A DNA stretch of 64,000 bases from positions 1,896,689-1,960,688 of the forward strand of contig JAUPSS010000007.1 in the NCBI GenBank assembly GCA_040285825.1, written 5' to 3'. Below are positions 1 to 8,909 of this stretch, one piece after another; within the stretch, counting starts at the first letter, position 1; each line of letters opens with the position of its first letter. The translations under genes were made by a program, and so were the position numbers. A model generated the notes under the pieces. It saw only the letters and a program-made list of their open reading frames with translations. It made no database searches and was not told where the DNA came from. The stretch comes from Eukaryota sp. TZLM1-RC (Eukaryota > Protista > Metamonada: BaSk clade).

Positions 1-217
1 AAGAGAAGAATTGGCAGAAATTTCAACAGATTGTTTTGGCAAAATAGAATTGTGTTTTCTATTTTTAAGGGGATGTTTAAGATGGTCTCTGATGCTTTGC
101 TTTCTCTTGGATCTCACTATGAGAGAGTTGCATCTAGTGTTTTTGTTCTGGGAGAGATGGATTTTTTAGATGTTGATTTATAGGTTTTGAATAAAATTAA
201 AATTTTGGTAAAAAAAA
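1..217 (+). mobile_element. 3' end of a CRE-like non-LTR retrotransposon (family F2), truncated by the window start
   Basis: 1-183 reads KRRIGRNFNRLFWQNRIVFSIFKGMFKMVSDALLSLGSHYERV...DVDL*, followed by AATAAA and an A-run; near-identical to 8319-8485, ~25100-25290 and 37434-37580. Confidence 0.8.
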
Positions 218-453
218 TATGGAAATTGTAGTTTCAATGGGTCTTTCAAAGTCAAAACAAAATATCATCAATAGAAATAGGAGGCACTATATTTTCTACT
301 CAAATCCAGCTTGAGTATACGAGGCTTCCAAGTCAGTTGAGTTGCGCATATAAACAGATAAAGACTAAAATAGGAGTGAAGAATAGGGTCAGTGTGGAAA
401 GGATGAAGCCAATCTAAGTAATTCCATCGTAAATCACCGGGGACATCCTTTCA

Positions 454-2453
454 TCCCTGAATTCGCTTATTCTCACTCCCTGTTTCCCACTTGTTCAAAC
501 CATTGTTTCTGCTTGCATGTTGTAGCTTGAATATACTCTAGTTGATAGCACTTCATTTGTTCAATATTTCTACTGATTGTTTGAGGATTGTTGTACCAGT
601 TGTTCTTTGAAAGGACAACGTCTTCGTGTATGTCCGAAATTTCGACATAAACTACATTTCCAGATGGTTCTTTGGATGACTGTGCCTTCAACAGAACCAT
701 TGTTTCGTCTTTCTTCGGGGTTGTTGGTTCTAGGCCTACCTCTTGATTGCGCAACTGTTGGAGGTATAAGGCTGGATAATCTCCGTTGTCCAGCAGCAAT
801 CTGTTCTACTGTTGCACCTTTCAAATACCAGTGATGGTGAAACATGGTTGTGTCCAAAGACTTACGATCTTTCAACAACTGTTGCAAATGCTTACAACAA
901 AAAAGACCTGTCTTCGCCATACACTCTTTTACACACACTTGAGTCTCATCAGGAGTTCCTGATACAATTTTCACAACTTCCGCTGTCTTTTTGATGATGA
1001 CATGAGATACCTTTCCATGAACTCTGTCGAACAACCATGCTGCTACATTTTTAAGCGTCTTTCTTTTACTCAGCTCAATAGAACGTGATATTTTCTCCAA
1101 CTGTTTTTCGATGAACTTAGCAATCATAATGACACTTTGTCCGAACTGACGTTGATTAATTTTTAGGTCTCGCTTCATTGCATAATGTCTTGACTCAACT
1201 CTTGACGTAGTTGTTTGGCCCAAGAAATGTCGACCGTGTAAAAAACATTTGATAAATGACTCTTTTCTGGTCATCCACTCGTTCTTCACATAATGTAAGA
1301 CATCAGGGACGTTGCTAAATTCATTACAAAATTCTTCATAAGCAGTATTATGTTGATCTTCATTAGGTTCATTGATCATTCTCAGGAATCTGTTCATAAA
1401 GTAATTGAATTCTGAGTTGGAGCCAAATTAGGAATTACTGAACAATTCTCCGTAACTGTGATAGGATCCATGTATAATCCACAGTTGTTTCGGATTTCAT
1501 GTAACAAAATCCGACATGATAAGTCATAAACGTCGGCGTTGTACCCACAATGGCCAATAAAGGTAATTGATTAACTTCTGTTTTGTAAGTGCAAGCAATT
1601 TGAACCACTGTATGAAATTTTTCATAGTACTTTAATGACTTTTTGTGCAAGAACAAAAAGTGAGTCACATGACCTTCTCTGTTCCACAATAAAAGTACTA
1701 TGAAAGTCTTTTGATGCAAATCCGCGATGAGCTTTTGTACAGATGGTTTCAATCCTAAAGCATCAGTCATAGAACCTTTTAAATTATGAATGTCTTGTGC
1801 ATCAATACAGCAATTGGAATCCTTCAGTTTTAAGCAGTCGACTATTTGGTCAGCATGAATCCATGATTGAATCATGTACAGTGCTAAATTTCAGAGTTCG
1901 ACACTAAAAGTAGAGCGTCTATATAGAGAGTATATGGACATGTTGTGTGACGGGTGATGATTGTGCTTAAGCACAGAAGTGTCCAGGTCTATGTACCATT
2001 CTGGATAAGGACTCACCTTTCTTTGTCTCAGTATCAAAATAAAAGAACAATTGTTGTCGTAAGAACTATGCTGACGTAATGTTGCAGTGGAATGAACGTT
2101 TGCTGCACTGTGCACACAAGCAAACTTTATATACGAACATGTACTAGTATACTTCAAACTCAAAACACAAATTGCATATCCCTGTTTAAAAGCGGATTCC
2201 TCCAAAAGCCTAACATAGGAATCGACATCTCTTAAACCATGAGGAATTTTTGGAATGACCATCTGATAAGGAATATCACCGCCATCGTTCACAGGATCAC
2301 GTAAATATATCAGGGATACATCATCGCTGACAGAGCACTCAGAATCAGGCGAAGAAACATCAAGATATAAGTCACCAGGATCATATTTATGGGGGTGAGA
2401 ATTATAGTCCATGTAAAGTTTTTGGAGGGAGTGAGAAAAAGCGAATTCAGGGA
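454..2453 (-). mobile_element. MULE (Mutator-like) DNA transposon with 27-bp terminal inverted repeats
   Basis: 454-480 TCCCTGAATTCGCTTATTCTCACTCCC is the reverse complement of 2427-2453 (26/27) and the pair brackets a transposase; no TSD found. Confidence 0.8.
570..2412 (-). pseudogene. MULE/FAR1-like transposase, disrupted
   Basis: HNH DNA-binding motif (KHNHHP); catalytic D-x-TYKT motif reads QIACTYKT; TTSRVESRH; SWIM-like C..GLFCCKH; RGRP and CCHC knuckle; in-frame TGA at 1891-1893 and a frameshift near 1400-1435. Confidence 0.85.
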
Positions 2454-2918
2454 GTGAGAATAAGGCGTTTCAAATCACAGATCTCCAATATCACCATTGT
2501 TGCTTCCACAATATGTGCTCTGACATATACTGTATTTCTCCTTTCTGTTTTTATCAGCAAACTATTCACAATACATCAAAGGAGTGTCTATGAGATAATA
2601 GACAATTTTATAATATTAGTTTTTGCCTTCTTTTCCACTGGTGTTCTTTTCAGACATGTTGGAGTTGGATGCCTTCTGTTTTTGTGTGTTGGAATGTATG
2701 GACTCGGTTCTTCTATACCTGGCTTGCTCAAAATACGTACAGAATCTGAGTTTTGGTTCATAACAGTAGGGTTCCCTGTATTCTTTCTGTTCACTGTCCC
2801 ACTCAGTACATCAATATTAGCTTTCGTAACGTTCAGATTACGTCGCCATATAACTTACTTCCGTGGTGCTTATTTGCAATTAGAATTCCCTGAAGAAACT
2901 GCTTCGGAATTTGAATAA
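2454..2918 (+). CDS. Multi-pass membrane protein, probably 5'-truncated
   Basis: About 4 hydrophobic segments; the only start is a GTG next to the MULE TIR. Confidence 0.35.
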   Translation: MRIRRFKSQISNITIVASTICALTYTVFLLSVFISKLFTIHQRSVYEIIDNFIILVFAFFSTGVLFRHVGVGCLLFLCVGMYGLGSSIPGLLKIRTESEFWFITVGFPVFFLFTVPLSTSILAFVTFRLRRHITYFRGAYLQLEFPEETASEFE

Positions 2919-3058
2919 TAGTTTATTGTAATTTAGATTTATTCACAATTGTTCATTAAACTTTGGTGTTTATAAGAGGATCCTCCTCCTCGGGAGTTTT
3001 GTTTTCTATTATTGCTCTCTGCTTATTTAAAACAAAGTGTTGGAAGATCAATATTTAA

Positions 3059-3272
3059 TCAAAAAATACCTACAATAAGTCCACGACCCATACATACATT
3101 TTGTAATGATGAGCCAAGTTTGGTGAAATTTCTAAACACTGAATAGTTTCCTTCGATGACGGCGTCAACTGTCATTTGTGCAAAAGATAGTGTACCAGCA
3201 GTCATATCCAAGATGATGTTAGTAATGTTAAAGCCCTTTGTACTTTTTCGCTTGAAGTTTAACTGAGGTGAA
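3059..3272 (-). pseudogene. Cystinosin-like PQ-loop transporter fragment
   Basis: My translation PQLNFKRKSTKGFNITNIILDMTAGTLSFAQM...FTKLG resembles the second PQ-loop of cystinosin; no intact upstream part. Confidence 0.55.
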
Positions 3273-3448
3273 TAAAATGAAGTTCACTGGAAGACTGGGC
3301 AAGGTCAAGTAGCTGATCAGCAATAAAAGGTCTGAGGGATGACGAAGGTGCATTGGAAATAAAAGAACAAAGACGTTCAAGTTGGAAAGAGGGCATTAGC
3401 TAAAAATAGCAAGATGAGAGTAGAATGTAGACCGTGCAGTAGAGTTGA

Positions 3449-3511
3449 GCACATAGCGTATAGTTGGTCTCTAACAGCATCGTGAACAACTGAGCGATAT
3501 GTAATATTAAA
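3449..3511 (-). mobile_element. 63-bp internal fragment of CRE-like family F4
   Basis: Near-exact reverse complement of 47951-48013 (codes ...YRSVVHDAVRDQLYA). Confidence 0.75.
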
Positions 3512-3824
3512 ACATATGTACGCTGACGTTGTCTAGTCTTTACATCGTAGACGATTGATCACATTATGATAGAAACTTTGTACGAACTCATTGAAACAAC
3601 ACGTTCCCTTGATTGAATATGCTACTGTTATCACCTAAAACAACTCCTTCAACTGTAACCTTTTCAAGAAAGAAAATAGTTGAGGCAGCTTGAGTATCAC
3701 GTATTATAGTGTTTAATTATCATTTTGCTCAGGCTTTGTATTTGTATAGATGTAAGAAGTTGTGAATAAATCAAATTTTTATTGTTGACTGTCTGATTTT
3801 TTCTCGACTGACATATTCACACCA

Positions 3825-5700
3825 ATGGCAAATCTAGAGTTGCCACATCGAGGGCGTGTACTGCCCTGGGAGGTTAACCGTCGTGAGCAACCAATAAACG
3901 ACAGCAAGACGACAGTTCCCGCAAGTGCTGCTCAGTTCTTCTCTACTGCAGCACTTGTTTCAGTTGAAAAACAGTTTCGCTATATTCGAACTGTCACTGT
4001 TCGTCCTGCAATATCCGGAAATGACTTTCTGGTTGTATCAACAACAGTTTTGGTATCAATGCCAAGACTTTGTAATGGTACCTCATCCGACTGTGAGACG
4101 CCCATTCAAGAATCATATGGAAGTGTACCGCGCACTCTAGGATGTCTCTTTCCGACCTGGCTGGCCGTTTCCTCCTATTGGCTTTCAGAAGGGAACCGAC
4201 AACTGGTGCCACTCTGACATTAGAAGCTTTCGCGCAATGCAAATGGCGAACAGCTTTTGTCAAATACTTACTGATGGCCCTGTCTTCTGGGAGCTGAACT
4301 TCTGCAATGGCTACCTTCTTTGAGTGCCCTTGCCCAAAGAAATATGCTTCATTAGTGGTGAACACGACTGCAGCCACTATTCCTGACTCTTTGCGCGCAT
4401 AGTATGATGAAGGTCACCATGAGTACATAATGGACCTATTTACTCAGCAAGTTGCAGACCCTCACCGTTTTGACGCTATGTTGATGCTGGAAAATGTTGA
4501 TTTCAATCCAAACAACATCACCTTCTTATTCACTGCTGGGCTAAATATTTTATCCTTTCTGGAAAATAATGCACCTGACACCATGCGAAGAAATGCCGTG
4601 TCCCCATCCCCCAGTTATTCTCCTGGATTTATCTCTTTTAATCAAAAACTGGAAAAGCATTTTCTCTCTTTTACTGCCAACCACTGTCTGCTGAAAGATC
4701 CATTTGCCTTTTTCAGAAACAAGAAGTATCTGACTTACACAATCAGTTCAGATGCTGTTTCAATCCGCTTCACTTTTTTTGCCTTCAAAAAGAATAAGAA
4801 TCGCCGGACAGCCAGAGAATTGGCAACCACCATAGCTAGTGGGAAAGACGATATACCTGCAAAGAGTCGGAAGCGAAACTCTAGAGTTCAACAACAGGTT
4901 CGTCCTAGGCAACGTCGAAGAACTGACGACGCCTATGAGCCTCCGCCAGTTGATCCAATCGAATATTCATTTTGTGCAATTGAAATCATAATCACAAAAA
5001 TTTGTGTGGTTATTCAATTGGATCAAGAATAGACAATAACAATGTTGATCATCAACTTTCGGGCCTTGTTCTGAATCCAAAGGCAAGGAAGATCATTCAC
5101 CCATTGGTCCTGACCCATGCATCACCAAATTGCTATTTTGCTAAGAATTTACACAAATGTCTTAATGAAATAGCAATGCCTTTGATGTGGGTACCGACAC
5201 AGGAAGAAATCAGCAATCCCGACTTCCCTCTGAGAACTATATTAGACCAACTGCTGATGAATGGAGATCGCCGAGTCCTGCGCCGCAACAAGTTTGATTT
5301 CTTTATAGGAAGGCAAAAAAGAATAATGGGATTTATTGAAAAAATTAAACTAATGGCTAATGGAAGAGAAAGCATAATTTGGTTTGGTAGTGGAGGTAAT
5401 GGGCCATCAAGACAATCTGTGAAAACTCCAAGGAAGCGCTGCTTGAAGGAGATTCAGAAACATTTTACATATGTGAAGCCTAATGGAGATGAATTCTACA
5501 CATCTGCCAAAACGAAATGATGTAAGGTATTCAATCCAAAGGTGTATCACGATGATGAGAGGGTGAACAATGATAAGTTTGTTTGCCCTCAATGTCAGAC
5601 ACTCCAGTCGAGGGACATCTCAGCCTCCAGAAACCAGCTTGAGATTGCCATAAGTGACCACTACTGCAATGAAATACCGGAGGCGTTGGAGACCCCGTAG
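3825..5700 (+). pseudogene. Fanzor1 (TnpB-like RNA-guided nuclease), ~630 aa when reconstructed
   Basis: Motifs PSYSPGFI, TISSDAVS, RuvC-I remnant FCAI(D)xNHKNLCGY, RRNKFDFFIGRQK, IWFGSG, RuvC-II DEFYTS, Zn finger xC...CPQC (CC in copy 2), RuvC-III RDISASRN; several stops and indels. Confidence 0.8.
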
Positions 5701-5871
5701 ATAAGTGTTTTTCCATGTATTGTGTACCTGTACGCGTATTGTGATGTTGCTGCTTTAACTATCATTTGATCGTGATATCATATAGTGATAGAACTAAAGT
5801 ATGCTTAACGTCTATCAAGATTGCATGAATTGGTCAAAAGCTAGAAGTGTGTTTTGATAGAAATTCACAGT
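5701..5871 (+). ncRNA. Candidate omegaRNA scaffold of Fanzor A copy 1
   Basis: Non-coding, conserved in copy 2, sharp 3' boundary; stems CTATCA 5759-64 / TGATAG 5786-91 and TCTATCAA 5811-18 / TTGATAGA 5854-61; position matches known TnpB/Fanzor omegaRNAs (inference). Confidence 0.5.
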
Positions 5872-5897
5872 ACTCAAATCCAGTAACTTAAACTATC

Positions 5898-6444
5898 ATG
5901 CTCACTTCTGAACAAATAGATGAATTGACTCAAATCAGCAAGTTTACTCCTAAGGAAATCCGCCGGTTGTATAAACGATTCAGACGTCTCGATATCAACA
6001 GCGACGGTCATATCAGCCATGAAGAGTTTCTTAAACTTCCTGAATTAGCTACAAATCCCCTCAAAGACAGAATTTTGGTCCTTTTTGACAACAACACTGA
6101 AGACTCTGTTAGCTTCAAGTCCTTTATATCCACCCTCAACATTTTCTCTTCGAGAGCCGACAAGAGTGAAAAACTGAAGGCCGCTTTTAAAATCTACGAC
6201 GTTTGTGTCTTCTTGGTTTCGCTCATTTCAGGTTGATGGTGATGGTCTCATCTCCCCTGCTGACCTTACACAGATTGTTAAACTGCTAGTGGGTGAGACT
6301 CTCTCTGAAACACAGATAGAGCAAGTTGTCACAAAAACCATTTCTGAGTCGGATTTTGATTCGGATGGGTTACTCAACTTTGAAGAGTTTGCAAAAACAA
6401 TGAATGTTGTTGATTTTGAAAGTAAGTTCTCTATAAGATTTTGA
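5898..6444 (+). CDS. CNB1: Calcineurin B regulatory subunit (EF-hand); intron 6201-6231
   Basis: EIRRLYKRFRRLD, ELATNPL, EKLKAAFKIYD; a 31-nt GT-AG intron restores IYD|VDGDGLIS. Confidence 0.9.
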
Positions 6445-6918
6445 GATTCAACTTGAAATTCAATTTGATGTTCTTTAGTTGTTTTTTTCTTAATTGTTGT
6501 TTTATTGTGGGTTAGACTTTGAATCTCTTGTCTCAATGTGTAAAAAGATTTGAGAAATATACCAACAACAAATCAAACGGTGCTTTCATTATCAGCTTAA
6601 ATTCTCGAATTCTACAACCTGCCAAGCAATTTTAATACATTTGATAAGTTTTATTACATTTTAATCAATATTATTAGTCGAGTTAACTGTTCCAAAATTG
6701 ATATAAATAAATGATTGTCAGAAATAGTGTTTCCAAATCATATCGACTTTGAACAAAGGCAATTTGTATGTTTGTGGTTCTAAATAGTTTATATTAAGAC
6801 ATAGACTAAACATTTCATAATTTTGCGTTTTTAATGACAAGTGATCAGCAAAAGCTATCTACAGTATGTCTACAGTTGTCATCATCAAGGAATACCTTGA
6901 ACAACTGTTGCTTTTCTA

Positions 6919-7377
6919 ATGCTCATCACCTACGCCTCTGATCACGAACATTCTACCTCCGCAGCTCAACATGCCCGCCGTCTCCTGGAGCACAATGGTG
7001 TCGCTTCGTCAATTGAAGTTATGAACAACGTTGCTGAAGTGTCCACCCTGACCAAAGAGCCCGTTTTGTTTATCATTCCTTCATACAAAGAAGTACCATC
7101 AACAGCACAGACACTATTTGAGTTTCTAAAACAACATCAAAACACAGACCATTTGAAGAAAGTGAATTATGCCATCGCTGCTTTTGGATCCAGTGAATAC
7201 ATGGGGGAACATGGTGAAGACTACCAGCGTCTAGGCCGCGAACTGGAGTTTCTGTTAGACTCAGCAGGAGCCCATAAGGTTGCTGCCAAAGCTGAATTGG
7301 ATGTAAAGGATGAGAAGGCAGCAATGTCCCAATTCGACCAGTTTATCACAATGATTGCAACAGCAATTAAGAAGTAA
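6919..7377 (+). CDS. Stand-alone flavodoxin-like protein
   Basis: ITYAS, LFIIPSY, LKKVNYAIAAFGSSEY and LDSAGA follow the flavodoxin (MioC/CPR FMN-domain) pattern. Confidence 0.75.
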   Translation: MLITYASDHEHSTSAAQHARRLLEHNGVASSIEVMNNVAEVSTLTKEPVLFIIPSYKEVPSTAQTLFEFLKQHQNTDHLKKVNYAIAAFGSSEYMGEHGEDYQRLGRELEFLLDSAGAHKVAAKAELDVKDEKAAMSQFDQFITMIATAIKK

Positions 7378-7639
7378 TAAAATATGTATGTGTCTGTTGT
7401 CATCAAATGCTGTTCACAAATTAAATATCAATAAAAGAAGACAAGAAATTCAATAAGAAAATTTTAATTTAATGAAATTTAATAAACTTGGGGTTCTATA
7501 ATGGATGAACAACTAGAACCTAATGCAAGATGCTAGTCCACTGCATTCCCTGACACTTACTATGTAATCACACCTCAAAGGAGTTACCTCCCTATTACTA
7601 GTATTTTACTCACCTTTTATACTGTTCAATGTTATGAGT

Positions 7640-8310
7640 TTGAACCATACAAACCAAGATAATATAGGGATTAGAAGCTTTCTATCTTTGTTCAAATTTC
7701 TGCAGACTTGACACGTTTTGGAGTTTGTTAAAATAGAAATAAAAATGAATTACAAGAATAGTTATATAAATGATGTCCAATATCAAAAAATATTTAGGAA
7801 ACTAACATGGTGGACTGAGATTAATCGCACAAGATTTGAGGCAAAAATGATTCAGAGACTCAAATCAGTAGTTGGCGATCCCAGCCAAGTAGTTATTGGA
7901 ATCGGAGACTGGGAACAACGAAAACACATGAAATTCAAAGACCCTATAAAAGGAAAAAATTTGGGTATTTTATTTAAAAAAGCTGGTCATAAACTCTCTT
8001 TATTTGATGAATTCCGAACCAGTTGATGTTGTTTCAACTGTAAGAGAGCGGCGAAAACAGTTGAAACGTTCCAATGGTGTAGAAATCCAAGGCCATGAAA
8101 GAGGAATCAGATGTCTATGTGGAAATCATGCGATAGAAATGCTTAGTTGAATAAGTTGACAGTCATTGAAGCACGCACAATGTAAATAGTGAAGAGGTAC
8201 CAGTATACCTGCACAGAACCAATAATGATGAATGTTTTAAGGAGAAAATCTTCCACTTCTCAAAAACTCAGTCCCTCTACATTGGTGTAAAAAGGATACT
8301 TATTTCCAGT
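7640..8310 (+). pseudogene. Fanzor1 family B, degenerate C-terminal half plus 3' region (5' limit approximate)
   Basis: FRKLTWWTEINRTR, VVIGIGDWEQRKHMKFKDP, DEFRTS*CCFNC, CRNPRP; 8240-8306 matches the 3' regions of 15522-15810 and 48828-49226. Confidence 0.8.
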
Positions 8311-8318
8311 TATCGGAA

Positions 8319-8485
8319 TTGTGTTTTCTATTTTTAAGGGGATGTTGAAGATGGTTTCTGATGCTTTGCTTCCTCTTGGATCTCACTATGAGAAGGTTGC
8401 ATCTAGTTGTTTTGTTTTCGGAGAGATGGATTATTTAGATGTTGATTTGTAAGTTTTCTAATAAATAAATATATTTGAAAAAATG
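8319..8485 (+). mobile_element. 5'-truncated CRE-like F2 insertion
   Basis: Matches 1-217; candidate TSD TATCGGAA at 8311-8318 and 8486-8493. Confidence 0.75.
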
Positions 8486-8909
8486 TATCGGAAAGAAATT
8501 GTTGGAAGTGTATTTCGGCTTTCCAAAACTCCCGAGCTATAAAGAAAATTTTCTATTTATTTCTATTTTCAGCACGGAAAAAATATTTTATTTTATTTTA
8601 TTTCGTTAGAAATCTGTAGTTCAAAAATATAGTCATCTTGAACACAATCATCCTACTCCTCTTTTCCCAGACGAAAACTCCCTGAGTTACGTTTACAACG
8701 AACTGTTTCTTTTACAGATTGTTACGTTACGATGTCGGGTACAAACAATGCTGTGAAAAGTGACCTTAAATCTGGGTGAAAAATTCAAGTCTTATTTCTG
8801 ACGTAATATATCATTTTAAAAGTATGAAAGTGGGAAATAAATAGAAAATAAATTAACTTTTTGTTTGTCTTCCAAAACCTGCTTTCATTGTTATAAACCT
8901 TCTGTAAGA

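Larger units (their letters stand above)
3555..5871 (+). mobile_element. Fanzor1-like element, family A copy 1 (no transposase)
   Basis: Colinear with the inverted copy 19605-21957; shared boundaries TTGATCA... and ...GAAATTCACAGT; unrelated flanks. Confidence 0.85.

Noticed and set aside
297-309. TACTCAAATCCAG equals the putative guide flank of Fanzor A copy 1 (5871-5883)
   Set aside because: Only 13 nt, not preceded by TTGAT, and found post hoc among many comparisons; cannot be separated from chance
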